From positions 1 to 39,252 of the IMG/VR virus record IMGVR_UViG_3300042750_000005: a DNA stretch of 39,252 nucleotides. One strand, 5' to 3'. Position 1 is the stretch's first letter. Each line of letters starts with the position of its first letter. Below, piece by piece: positions 31,195 through 39,252 of the stretch. The translations under genes were made by a program, and so were the position numbers. This DNA comes from a virus. The notes under the pieces are model-generated. The model was not told where the DNA came from, searched no databases, and saw nothing but the letters and a program-made list of their open reading frames with translations.

Positions 31195-31342
31195 TTTCAA
31201 CTCCCTCCAGATATTCGATGCGCGCCAGCAGGGCCTTCATATCGGCGACGGTTGACCCGTTTGTTGGTTTGCATGCTAAAATCTCTAGCAAGGCTTTTAG
31301 CAAAACGTCTACTTCATAAGGTTCAAGTTCAACGGTAATCAT
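31187..31342 (-). CDS. Small hypothetical protein (51 aa; below the track cutoff)
   Basis: ATGA overlap with the upstream stop at 31339-31342. The product is MITVELEPYEVDVLLKALLEILACKPTNGSTVADMKALLARIEYLEGVEND. Confidence 0.4.
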   Translation of the reverse strand: MITVELEPYEVDVLLKALLEILACKPTNGSTVADMKALLARIEYLEGVEND

Positions 31343-31872
31343 TGGGTTTCCTCCATAACTTGTCTAAACCTTATGGCTCGCCATTCCCCATCAGCGGCCT
31401 GCGCCGCAACCCGCGAAGCCGTCGAAGCCATCGTATGATGTACCGCCGCCATCGCTGCTATGCCAGCAGCCCCCGCAGCCTTCGAAGCTTTCACGCCCTG
31501 CGTGATGGTCCTCGCAGCCTTTGAAGCCGCCGCCGCAGCAACTTCAACTTCATCTAACGTGGCCTTATCTTCAATCCAAAGGCGGGTGGTTCTGATACAA
31601 TTCGCTGGCCGTACCTCACCTTCGGGGACGTATCTCAGCGATTGCTCGGCGAAATCACAAGCCAGAGAAACAATCAGCCTATGGTGTTCTGGCGCAATTA
31701 CCCGCAAACACCACAGAGCGTCATCAAGCCCATTGGATTCCAGCACTGTCACCATCGCCAGGGGTTCATCTTCGGCTTTGGTTTTTCCAAGGTGAGCAAG
31801 AAGCTTTTGCCATCCGTCTTTACAGGGCTGGTGAGCGCGGATTGCGTTTAAGGTTGTGTAAATCATCGCCAT
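31339..31872 (-). CDS. Hypothetical protein with a conserved N-terminal domain (PC-x-x-GW...NGLDDALWCLR) and an Ala-rich C-terminus
   Basis: A GGAAGGAAA ribosome-binding site lies before ATG 31872 (MAMIYTTLNAIRAHQPCKDGWQKLL...). The N-terminal motif recurs in bacterial and phage proteins of unknown function. Confidence 0.5.
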   Translation of the reverse strand: MAMIYTTLNAIRAHQPCKDGWQKLLAHLGKTKAEDEPLAMVTVLESNGLDDALWCLRVIAPEHHRLIVSLACDFAEQSLRYVPEGEVRPANCIRTTRLWIEDKATLDEVEVAAAAASKAARTITQGVKASKAAGAAGIAAMAAVHHTMASTASRVAAQAADGEWRAIRFRQVMEETQ

Positions 31873-31996
31873 TTTCCTTCCGTTTTGCGCGCCAGATGCG
31901 CTTGTACTCACGCTGATAATCCGTGCGTGTGCGGGGTTCCTTGCCCTTGGCTTTGAGCCGTGCATAGGTTTCTTGTGGTGTTTCAGGTTTTTTCAC
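31820..31996 (-). CDS. Possible small, highly basic protein
   Basis: A GTG lies one base after the upstream stop. The product runs VKKPETPQETYARLKAKGKEPRTRTDYQREYKRIWRAKRKENG... It overlaps the next gene start by about 50 nt, hence the low confidence. Confidence 0.3.
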   Translation of the reverse strand: MKKPETPQETYARLKAKGKEPRTRTDYQREYKRIWRAKRKENGDDLHNLKRNPRSPAL

Positions 31997-31997
31997 C

Positions 31998-32405
31998 TCA
32001 ATACCCCGCCGCTTCAAGATCATCGGCTAACTTGCGCATATCAGCCATGAATGCGCCGGGGTCTGTCCGGTAGGGCGTGATTTCCCTGTCGCGCGCGCCG
32101 TGGCCCCAGTTTGATAAATCGTGTCCAAGGTATGCGAGAGCGCTGCAAACCCGTCCATCGCGGAAATCATCTAGCGACTTTATCTTTTGACGATTCTCTG
32201 GAAAATCTTCTGGATAGAGTTCAGCAGCCCGTGATGCGTTGAGAGATTTCGCCATAACAGCTCCGGCGAGGCATACCTGGCAAACCCCATGATCTGGCAT
32301 GTGCCATTGCCCCATATCAATGGCGTAATTCGGGTCAGCCGCGCATAGCGCCAGATCGGCCAGTGCGAGACGGATTAATTCAGATGGTTTGTCGGGGAGG
32401 TTCAT
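31998..32405 (-). CDS. Hypothetical protein
   Basis: 135 aa from ATG 32405 (MNLPDKPSELIRLALADLALC...). No motif recognised. Confidence 0.5.
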   Translation of the reverse strand: MNLPDKPSELIRLALADLALCAADPNYAIDMGQWHMPDHGVCQVCLAGAVMAKSLNASRAAELYPEDFPENRQKIKSLDDFRDGRVCSALAYLGHDLSNWGHGARDREITPYRTDPGAFMADMRKLADDLEAAGY

Positions 32406-32473
32406 TGTTTCGCATCCTTTGGTTAATGTTGCATCTATGGACGCGCCAGCGACGCGCCCAGGGGTTGAAACCG

Positions 32474-32686
32474 TTATGAAGTAAGTTTTAGCAGGGGGTA
32501 AATCGGCCACGCCCGGCTACTCTCGCGCCCCTGCTCAATTTGGTCTGCGCAATCGATCTCCCACCCCGCTCGCCAAGCTATATCTTCCGGGCTGTCAATC
32601 TGATAGCCGCCGCCGTCTGCATAATGCGCCCCGCCGTTGTGCGCCTTGCGCCCTGTTTGGAACGCTTCGTAAAGCCGGTTTTGCAT
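32474..32686 (-). CDS. Hypothetical small protein
   Basis: 70-aa ORF. The start lies directly after the upstream stop. Confidence 0.4.
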   Translation of the reverse strand: MQNRLYEAFQTGRKAHNGGAHYADGGGYQIDSPEDIAWRAGWEIDCADQIEQGRESSRAWPIYPLLKLTS

Positions 32687-32688
32687 CG

Positions 32689-32988
32689 TTACCGCCCCCC
32701 GCGCCCATGGTTTTTACCGCCACACGCGCACTCGCACTTCATGACGCGGCCAGTGGCGTTTACACACCTGGCGTCGCAATCGTGACGGGATGCCCCGGAT
32801 TTATAAGTAACGACGCGGTCAACATGCCGCAAACCACCAGAATCGTCAGCGCTATATCCAACGAGCATGCTGAAACTGTCGGCGCGGCGTCCATTGACTG
32901 AAGGGAACCGTGCGGCAAAATCGGAGTTACGCATGCCGAACGGGCTTTTTAGAAGTGTCTCGCCGCTAAAATAAAGTGTTCTACTCAT
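32689..32988 (-). CDS. Hypothetical protein with a C-terminal Cys cluster (CDARC...CECACGGKNHG)
   Basis: 99 aa. The C-terminal C-x-C-x-CGG-x-NHG motif recurs in small phage proteins of unknown function. Confidence 0.5.
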   Translation of the reverse strand: MSRTLYFSGETLLKSPFGMRNSDFAARFPSVNGRRADSFSMLVGYSADDSGGLRHVDRVVTYKSGASRHDCDARCVNATGRVMKCECACGGKNHGRGGR

Positions 32989-33009
32989 AACCCTAACTCC
33001 CTGTATGTG

Positions 33010-33132
33010 TTAATGTGTCAGGCTATAGCTTATGAATCCCAGCGCGGCCGCGATGTACATGCAGCCGATGATGCATAGGCCGATGAAGGCTGTTTCGACT
33101 ATCGGGATAATCTTGTCTAAAATCTTGCTCAT
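33010..33132 (-). CDS. Possible 40-aa transmembrane peptide (first ORF of the leftward operon)
   Basis: GGGAG lies 9 nt upstream. The product is MSKILDKIIPIVETAFIGLCIIGCMYIAAALGFISYSLTH. Confidence 0.35.
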   Translation of the reverse strand: MSKILDKIIPIVETAFIGLCIIGCMYIAAALGFISYSLTH

Positions 33133-33180
33133 TGTCCAAACTCCCTGTTGTGAGCCGCGCCAACCGCTGCTCATGGGTTT

Positions 33181-33209
33181 AATATAGTCACGTTTTGTGA
33201 TTGCGTCAA
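33181..33209 (-). promoter_or_regulatory. Strong sigma70-like promoter TTGACG-17-TATATT with an operator-like inverted repeat in the spacer
   Basis: On the minus strand, TTGACG lies at 33209-33204 and TATATT at 33186-33181. The spacer contains TCACGTTTTGTGA (33188-33200). Confidence 0.6.
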
Positions 33210-33240
33210 CCCAAATAATCAGGAATGTTGAATTTATTTG

Positions 33241-33256
33241 ATCACGAAATCGTGAT
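33241..33256. promoter_or_regulatory. 16-bp inverted repeat ATCACG-AAAT-CGTGAT (operator-like), upstream of the 33181-33209 promoter
   Basis: Read directly from the sequence. Both 6-bp arms pair perfectly. The core TCACG-N4-CGTGA is shared with 14944-14957. Confidence 0.5.
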
Positions 33257-33297
33257 TAGCGAGAAAGGTAAGCAATGCTGTCATAATAATAGGCCGA

Positions 33298-33831
33298 CTA
33301 GAATTTATATTTCTTTAACATGCGGGCGTCGCGCTTCTGCTGTTTGAGCTTCATTGCTGCTTTCATTTTTGCCCTGTCCATGCGCGCCATATTATCCATC
33401 TTGCCTTTGGAATATGATCCAGCCTCTTCTAGTGTTTCATTTTGCGCCGCGCGCCAATACAGGATCGGCGCGCCATCATTTGCGGCCTTCATTCCTGATG
33501 TTATGTGCGCGTCCTTGTGATCTGGACGCCAGTGTGTATAATCGCCGCATATTATGGCCGCCGCCTTCTCCAGCGCCTCTATGGCGTTGGCGGGTTCAAC
33601 ATCGAACCATTCCCCTTCAAGGGCACGGTCCCAGAACGTTGCATGCATGTGCTTTTCAAGTTTATAGGCGTTTACCACGCGAACAGCGCAATGCACATAA
33701 AGCTTAAATGGGCAGCCAGTTTGCATACTGGATAATCGTGGGCGCACCGATGTTGCCACGCCTATCTTGACCGGGCCGCTTGCATCCCACGCAACAACAT
33801 ATACATACGCTCTGGTAGCCGATTCCGTCAT
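33298..33831 (-). CDS. T5orf172 / MUG113 domain protein (GIY-YIG-superfamily nuclease-like)
   Basis: YVYVVAWDASGPVKIGVATSVRPRLSSMQTGCPFKLYVHCAV...AYKLEKHMHATFWDRALEGEWFDV fits the T5orf172 pattern. The ATG at 33831 (MTESATRA) is preferred. Confidence 0.65.
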   Translation of the reverse strand: MTESATRAYVYVVAWDASGPVKIGVATSVRPRLSSMQTGCPFKLYVHCAVRVVNAYKLEKHMHATFWDRALEGEWFDVEPANAIEALEKAAAIICGDYTHWRPDHKDAHITSGMKAANDGAPILYWRAAQNETLEEAGSYSKGKMDNMARMDRAKMKAAMKLKQQKRDARMLKKYKF

Positions 33832-34013
33832 CGTTGATCGTCCTGTAGTTAAAATATCAACTACGATACCTGTAATTGATTGATATAGCAATGATAAAAT
33901 AAAGTGTGGGCGCGAGGCCGCAGGGGGATTGACACGCCGCAAAACAATGTGCTAGCCCTCTTCTTCTCTCTGCCTGCCGTAAGGCGCAGAGCACCCTTAA
34001 CCAACATACCCCA

Positions 34014-34041
34014 TTGACTACACAATAATCAGTGTGATAAT
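34014..34041 (+). promoter_or_regulatory. Sigma70-like promoter TTGACT-16-GATAAT upstream of the packaging and structural operon
   Basis: TTGACT at 34014-34019 and GATAAT at 34036-34041. The spacer holds the small palindrome ATCA-GTG-TGAT. Confidence 0.5.
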
Positions 34042-34072
34042 TGCGCTCAAAGGCGCAAGCAGGCAACACCGA

Positions 34073-34459
34073 ATGGCGAATTCAAAAGGCAGGCCACGCA
34101 CTAAGGGTATGGTCAAACGCAATCCAGCGTCGGACACAGGCGCGCCGGCAAACAGCGATCTGGTTGAATATACTCCACCAATGGTTCTGGACGACCTGAA
34201 CAAGATCAAGGCTCGAATCCGCAAGGCAACCTATACAGGGCGTGACATATCAAAACTGTGCAAGGTGTTCACGATTGATGCATTGACCGTATTCGTTAAG
34301 ACATTAGCCGATGAAAGCCAATCAACTGCTGACCGGCAAACAGCCGCGAAGTTCCTGATTGAACGGGGCTGGGGCAAGGCGGACCAGATCATCAAGGGCG
34401 ACAAGGATGCGCCGATTGCCATATCGATCAAATGGGAGGGTGAAGGCGATGAAGGTTAA
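34073..34459 (+). CDS. terS: Terminase small subunit
   Basis: MANSKGRPRTKG... at the N-terminus, and DRQTAAKFLIERGWGKADQ, typical of small terminases. It sits immediately upstream of the large terminase. Confidence 0.6.
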   Translation: MANSKGRPRTKGMVKRNPASDTGAPANSDLVEYTPPMVLDDLNKIKARIRKATYTGRDISKLCKVFTIDALTVFVKTLADESQSTADRQTAAKFLIERGWGKADQIIKGDKDAPIAISIKWEGEGDEG

Positions 34460-34465
34460 CAGCGG

Positions 34466-35758
34466 TTGACCAGGCAGATCATAATCCCGTACCGCCCGCG
34501 CAAGCTGTTGATGCCGTTCCATGCGCGGACACAGCGCTGGGCCGTACTGGTGGCGCACAGACGGTTCGGGAAGACCGTCGGCATCATCAATGATATGCTC
34601 AAGCGGGCGCTTATGGTCAATACAGCCCAGCCAATATACAAGGATATCGGCCCCAGATACGCCTATATTGGCCCGTCAAAGGACCATGCCAAGGACGTCG
34701 CATGGGAGATGATAAAGGCCATCACGGCCAATATCCCAGGTGTCGAGTGTCGGGAAAGCGACCTGCACTGCAATTTGCCCAATGGCGCGCGTATCGCACT
34801 ATATGGCGGTGAGAACTATAACCGCATGCGCGGATTGCCGTTTGATGGTGCAGCGCAGGACGAAGACGCCCTGATCGATCCGAAATGCTTTACTGAAGTA
34901 GTCCGCCCCTGCCTGATCGACCGTAAGGGCTGGGCGGTATTCGCCAGCACGTTCAAAGGCATGAACCACTTTCATAAACGCTACACTGAGGCGGTTATCA
35001 ATGATGAATGGTACTGTGACATCCTGCCAGCCAGCCGCACCGGCGTCATCCCGGAGGATGAATTGTCAGCGCTGCGAAGGGATATGTCAGAAGAGCAATA
35101 CGCCCAAGAGATCGAGTGCAGCCCAATGAACGCGGTGTTGGGTGCATATTACCGCACCCAGATGCAGCGCATTGATGCAGAAAAGCGCATATCGACTGTT
35201 GCATGGCAACCGGAGACCGAAGTGCATACGGCCTGGGATTTAGGCCGTAGCACGGGCAACGCCACCGCGATATGGTTCTGTCAGTTAGTCGGAAACACCG
35301 TGCATGTGATCGATTATGAAGAGGCGACGCTAAAGGAATTGCCGTATTTCGCCAAGATCGTTAAGGAAAAGCCGTACACATATGGCCGTCATATCGTGCC
35401 GCATGACGCCAGGGTGACCGAATGGGGTACATCAAAGACCCGCATCGAGAGCATGGAAGCGCTGGGCATCCGTCCGGAAGTGGCCCCGCAGATATCATTG
35501 CAGGACGGCATTGAGGCGACACGGGCGTTTCTGGCGCGATGCGTGTTTGACGGCAAGAAGTGCGAACGGGGCATAAACGCCTTGCGCGAATATCAAACCT
35601 TGTATAACAGTAAAAACGATGTATATTCGGCTGTGCCGCTTCATAACTGGGCGTCCAATGGTGCGGATGCGTTCAGGTATCTGGCGGTTGCGGTAAAGCC
35701 GTCAACGCGCGGGGATTGGTCGAAGCCGATAAAGTATCCAGCGAGGGCTATCGTATGA
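34466..35758 (+). CDS. terL: Terminase large subunit (Terminase_6 type)
   Basis: The Walker-A-like VLVAHRRFGKT is followed by a nuclease half. 430 aa. TTG start at 34466, with ATG 34511 as the alternative. Confidence 0.85.
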   Translation: MTRQIIIPYRPRKLLMPFHARTQRWAVLVAHRRFGKTVGIINDMLKRALMVNTAQPIYKDIGPRYAYIGPSKDHAKDVAWEMIKAITANIPGVECRESDLHCNLPNGARIALYGGENYNRMRGLPFDGAAQDEDALIDPKCFTEVVRPCLIDRKGWAVFASTFKGMNHFHKRYTEAVINDEWYCDILPASRTGVIPEDELSALRRDMSEEQYAQEIECSPMNAVLGAYYRTQMQRIDAEKRISTVAWQPETEVHTAWDLGRSTGNATAIWFCQLVGNTVHVIDYEEATLKELPYFAKIVKEKPYTYGRHIVPHDARVTEWGTSKTRIESMEALGIRPEVAPQISLQDGIEATRAFLARCVFDGKKCERGINALREYQTLYNSKNDVYSAVPLHNWASNGADAFRYLAVAVKPSTRGDWSKPIKYPARAIV

Positions 35759-35997
35759 GGATTACACGGGCTGACAAGGCGGGGGTAGATATGCTGGTGG
35801 AAATGGCTAAAGACAAGAAGCCGGTAAAACCAGGCGGGTTTGGAGAATTAGAGATAGAGAATATTGCGGAGGGCAAACGCATCCGGGATAGCCGCCGCGC
35901 CCTATTTGAAGAGCTAAAGAGCATCAGCCGCCTTGAAGAGTTAGTGCAATTGCGCCACCGTAAAAAACCCGGTTTTCCGCCATTGTGTGAAAAATGA
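35755..35997 (+). CDS. Hypothetical protein
   Basis: ATGA overlap with the terL stop. 80 aa (MRITRADKAGVDMLVEMAKDKKPV...). Confidence 0.45.
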   Translation: MRITRADKAGVDMLVEMAKDKKPVKPGGFGELEIENIAEGKRIRDSRRALFEELKSISRLEELVQLRHRKKPGFPPLCEK

Positions 35998-36317
35998 CGA
36001 TGGGCAACGCTTCCGCATGGAGCCGTGATGCAGATGAATTTCTGAGAGCGTCCTGCGGCATGTGGGGTAAAGCCCGAATTATTGAAGTGATGAAGGACAA
36101 GGCGCACGATTTGGGTGTGGATGACACATTTGAAGAAGATTCTCTTGGGGTTTCGGTTGATGCGGATAGCGTTATCCTGAAAGCGCGAAGGCGCGGCAAA
36201 TGGTATGTCGGCGTGGGGGGATTTGACCGCAATTCCCAATCAGACAGCAGATATGCGGCTAGCCGTGCTATATCTGAATTGCGCCGGACGATGTTCACAG
36301 GGGCCGGACGGACATGA
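35994..36317 (+). CDS. Hypothetical protein
   Basis: ATGA overlaps on both sides. 107 aa. Confidence 0.45.
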   Translation: MTMGNASAWSRDADEFLRASCGMWGKARIIEVMKDKAHDLGVDDTFEEDSLGVSVDADSVILKARRRGKWYVGVGGFDRNSQSDSRYAASRAISELRRTMFTGAGRT

Positions 36318-38605
36318 CGATGGACACGACCACGCTCAAGGCCATCCTGGGCGACTGCATCAAGCGCGCGGAGTCCTTCAAGGACAATAACCTTGTGGCT
36401 GGCAGGCTGAAAGCCGATAAATATTACCGTGGTGAGCCGTTCGGCAATGAGGTGGTGGGGGAATCCGCCGTTGTGAGCCGTGACGTGGCGGAAGCGGTAG
36501 ACGCGATGCTGCCTGCATTGCTCAAGATATTCTCAAGCGGTCCGGCTGTGTTATTTGAGCCTAACAAAGAGGGTGGCGAGAAGGCCGCTGAACAGGCCAC
36601 CGAGTATGTAAATTACATACTGAACGTGAAAAACCCCGGGTTTGCGATACATTACGACTGGTTCAAGGATGCGTTGCTGAAAAAGCGCGGTTTCGTAAAG
36701 GTTTGGGCGGATGAAGATGAAAACGTCGAAACCAGCTACTACCATGGACTGACACAGCCGGAAATCGACATGCTGCTGCTGGACAAGAGCATTGAACTGG
36801 AGATTGAGCCGGGAGAAAGCCTTGATCCGGCAATTGAGCAATTTGATGTGTCTGTAAAGCACACAAAAAAGGTGTGCAACATCAAGGTAGCGTGTGTCCC
36901 GCATGATGAAATTCTGATAGACGCCACTACCGGCGACACGGATGAAACGCCGTTTATCGGACATAGGGTGAGTCGGACCTTATCGTACCTGATAGCGCAA
37001 GGTTACAACGCAAAGAAGCTGGACCGCATCGCCAGCGGACAGGACATAGACACGGAGCGTTCCGCACGGTTTTCGCGCTCTGGTTTGGACGACGAATTGG
37101 TCAACAAGGCGCTGGACGACACGCTGCGGGTGATTGAGATAACCGAATGTTACCTGAATGTAGACTATGACGACGATGGCATAGCGGAAATGCGCAAGAT
37201 CACCATCGCCGGATCAGGAACTGTAACGGAGATACTGGATAACGAGCCAGCGGATGATCACCCGTTCGCCAGTTTGTGCCCGTTCCCCACACCCCATGCG
37301 TTCTGGGGTGAATCGGTGTTTGACAAGGTGCGGGACGTACAGGAAGGGAAGTCTGTCCTGACGCGCCAGATACTGAACAATCTGTATCTGACCAATCAGC
37401 CACGATTTGGCATTGTTGATGGTCAGGTTAATATTGACGACCTTTTGACTGCGCAGAATCAGTTTATTAGAATGACGAACTCTAATGCGCTTGTCCCCAT
37501 TATGACGAGCAAGCTGGATTCCGGCCCGTACAATATGTTGCAGATGTGGGACGTGACACGCGAACAGCGTACCGGCGTGAGGCGCATGGCGTCGGGTCCT
37601 GGCGCTGACAGTCTGCAAAACGCCTATACCGATACGCTGGGCGGCTCCCAGATGGTGGCCGACGCCAGCGCGGAGCGGGTCGAACTGATTGCCCGTATAT
37701 TCGCAGAAACGGGCGTGAAGCGGCTCATGCGGCTCATATTGAAGCTGGTGACACAGTACGACAACAAGCCCAAGGTGGTTCGTTTGCGGGGCGCGTGGAC
37801 GCCGATCAACCCGGCTGAATGGGATGATGGCATGGATATGTCAATCTCTGTAGGCCTGGGGAGTGGATCGCACCAGAAGGACGCGGCTACCATGATGGCG
37901 CTGATTGGGCTTGATCAGCAGTTGATCGCCTTGCAGGGGGGTGTTGACGGGCCGCTGTTGACCCTGGACAACATCTATTCCAAGCTGTCCCGGCTGGTGT
38001 CGTCCAGCGGATTGAAAGCGGTTGAGCGATATTATACCGACCCGAAACTGGCCCCGCCGAAACCCCCACAGGCCCCGCCGATGGACCCGAATATGGTGCT
38101 GGCGCAAGCGCAGATGAAGATTGATAGCGACAAGTTGCAGGCAGACATGCAGAAGCACCAGCAGAAGCTGCAGGCCGATATGGTGCAACATCGTGAGAGC
38201 CTTGACGCGGAAATGCAGCGGTTTGCGGCTGATTTACAGTCAAAACAGCAGATAGAGGCTGGCAAAGCGGGGGTAACGCTTGAAAAGGCGAAGATCGACG
38301 CGGACGTGGCTGTTCAGACAACGCTGTTAAAACTTGAGGCGGACGGGAACGCCGTTGCGATGAAGCACCAGCATGAGGCTGGCATGGCTGGCCGGGAAGC
38401 CGAAACCATTGAAGACAAGCCATCGGCGGAGATTGAAGCTATCAATTCGGTAGCGGATATGGTGCGACAACTTGCGGCGTATATGACGGCCCCGAAATCG
38501 GTTGTGCGGGATGAAAACGGCGTTGCGCTGGCGATCAGGACTGAGGGCATGCCTGACAGGCCGATAGGGCGGGATGAAAACGGCAATATTATGGGGCTGC
38601 AATAA
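36314..38605 (+). CDS. Portal protein (P22 gp1-like, with a long C-terminal coiled-coil barrel)
   Basis: ADKYYRGEPFGNEVVGESAVVSRDVAEAVDAMLPALLKIF and WFKDALLKKRGFVKVW are portal signatures. 763 aa. The C-terminus QADMQKHQQKLQADMVQHRESLDAEMQRFAADLQSKQQ is a heptad-rich helix. Confidence 0.85.
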   Translation: MTMDTTTLKAILGDCIKRAESFKDNNLVAGRLKADKYYRGEPFGNEVVGESAVVSRDVAEAVDAMLPALLKIFSSGPAVLFEPNKEGGEKAAEQATEYVNYILNVKNPGFAIHYDWFKDALLKKRGFVKVWADEDENVETSYYHGLTQPEIDMLLLDKSIELEIEPGESLDPAIEQFDVSVKHTKKVCNIKVACVPHDEILIDATTGDTDETPFIGHRVSRTLSYLIAQGYNAKKLDRIASGQDIDTERSARFSRSGLDDELVNKALDDTLRVIEITECYLNVDYDDDGIAEMRKITIAGSGTVTEILDNEPADDHPFASLCPFPTPHAFWGESVFDKVRDVQEGKSVLTRQILNNLYLTNQPRFGIVDGQVNIDDLLTAQNQFIRMTNSNALVPIMTSKLDSGPYNMLQMWDVTREQRTGVRRMASGPGADSLQNAYTDTLGGSQMVADASAERVELIARIFAETGVKRLMRLILKLVTQYDNKPKVVRLRGAWTPINPAEWDDGMDMSISVGLGSGSHQKDAATMMALIGLDQQLIALQGGVDGPLLTLDNIYSKLSRLVSSSGLKAVERYYTDPKLAPPKPPQAPPMDPNMVLAQAQMKIDSDKLQADMQKHQQKLQADMVQHRESLDAEMQRFAADLQSKQQIEAGKAGVTLEKAKIDADVAVQTTLLKLEADGNAVAMKHQHEAGMAGREAETIEDKPSAEIEAINSVADMVRQLAAYMTAPKSVVRDENGVALAIRTEGMPDRPIGRDENGNIMGLQ

Positions 38606-38659
38606 TGGAGTTGAATAGATGCCAGGACTGAAAATAATCGACAACAGGAGGAATTATTA

Positions 38660-38953
38660 ATGGCGACATGTATGCAGCTTGCCGGTCTGCTGGACAACGG
38701 AAATCTCAGGGATAAGGCCATGGGCGCGTGTCTGGTGGTTGCCGAGAATATTCGCGCCGAATCCCCCGGAACGGCCGCAAGGCGGGCATGGGCGAAGGGC
38801 GTTATAATGGACCCCACAGCCGCCGGGCAGCAAATGCTCGCAGTGGTAGTCGCCAAGAACAATTCTCTTGCGAACACCGGCATCTCCGGGATTTCCGACG
38901 CGGACATGGTGACTTCGATTACCGCGTTCGTAGACATTATGACGGGGATATAA
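38660..38953 (+). CDS. Hypothetical protein
   Basis: ACAGGAGG ribosome-binding site 8 nt before the ATG. 97 aa. Confidence 0.5.
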   Translation: MATCMQLAGLLDNGNLRDKAMGACLVVAENIRAESPGTAARRAWAKGVIMDPTAAGQQMLAVVVAKNNSLANTGISGISDADMVTSITAFVDIMTGI

Positions 38954-39252
38954 ATGGGCGATATTACATACGGCACACGCCCCGGCGCGGTGGCGCTGTT
39001 AACGACCGAGCTTAACAGTCTGGCCACTGCGACGTTTACGGCGTTCGGGCCGGTAATCACTCCGGGCAGCACCACCAACCTGACTATTCGGGCCTTGCGC
39101 GGGGACCTGCTTTTCAAGCTGGCCAGCAGTTCGCTGGCGCTGACCACCAGTTCCTTTGTGTCGGTGTATTTTGTCCCGGCTTTTGACGCCACAAACTACC
39201 CCAAACTGTCAGGCAATAACCTTGCCGAGGTGAACTATTTTGTCGGCAACAT
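38954..39252 (+). CDS. 5' part of the wrap-around CDS (continues as 128..296 after removing the 127-bp overlap)
   Basis: The ATG directly follows the previous TAA. The ORF is open to the window end and in frame with 33..296 through the repeat. Confidence 0.7.
   Translation, partial: MGDITYGTRPGAVALLTTELNSLATATFTAFGPVITPGSTTNLTIRALRGDLLFKLASSSLALTTSSFVSVYFVPAFDATNYPKLSGNNLAEVNYFVGN
39126..39252. repeat. Terminal direct repeat, copy 2 (identical to 1..127)
   Basis: Direct comparison of the two window ends. Confidence 0.95.

Noticed and set aside
31339-31965. The full-length 208-aa version of the minus-strand ORF (start at 31965).
   Set aside because: The first 31 residues are Arg/Ser/Ala-rich and read like out-of-frame sequence. 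A good ribosome-binding site precedes ATG 31872, and the conserved domain starts right there.

Overview
The window is one complete tailed-phage genome, not a chromosomal segment. Bases 1-127 are identical to bases 39126-39252, so the unique length is 39,125 bp, and one gene reads straight across that junction. Coding density is very high and many neighbouring genes overlap by ATGA, TAATG or GTGA. There are four transcription blocks. (1) A plus-strand packaging, morphogenesis and lysis block runs from 34073 across the window end to 18576. It holds small and large terminase, a P22-type portal, LamG and fibre-like proteins, a scaffold, an SU10-type major capsid protein, tail-accessory proteins, four large low-complexity putative ejection proteins, a tail fibre, an accessory cluster and a SleB-type endolysin with holin-like genes. 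No tape measure, tube or sheath gene is present, so a short-tailed, P22-like layout is inferred. (2) A minus-strand recombination block (18911-23361) holds a DUF1367-like gene, a Ref-like HNH nuclease, SSB, a membrane-anchored XRE protein and a Rad52-like annealing protein. (3) A plus-strand early and replication block (23496-30397) holds a Cro/YdaS-like regulator, an orphan DNA methyltransferase, a Lar-like protein, an HNH-AP2 homing endonuclease, a DUF1064 nuclease, a DUF1376 replication protein and a Gp37/Gp68 protein. (4) A minus-strand block of mostly small unknown genes (30493-33831) ends in a SLOG/DUF2493 protein. I saw no integrase, CI-type repressor, tRNA, rRNA or CRISPR array. Protein families such as the DUF1515-like protein, the SleB lysin and the CcrM-like methylase suggest an alphaproteobacterial host, but this is inference only. 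All family calls rest on motifs I recognise in the translations, not on database searches. The points most worth follow-up are: a homing endonuclease flanked by a diverged ghost copy of the 5' end of its downstream gene; a second ghost N-terminus at 14922; a replication gene with no canonical start but an ATT behind the phage's consensus ribosome-binding site; iteron-like repeats inside that gene; an accessory cluster with an HslV/proteasome-like hydrolase and a DUF4214-HExxH protease; a recurrent TCACG-N4-CGTGA palindrome at a strong promoter; and the early small-gene operon with the SLOG protein as a candidate counter-defence island.
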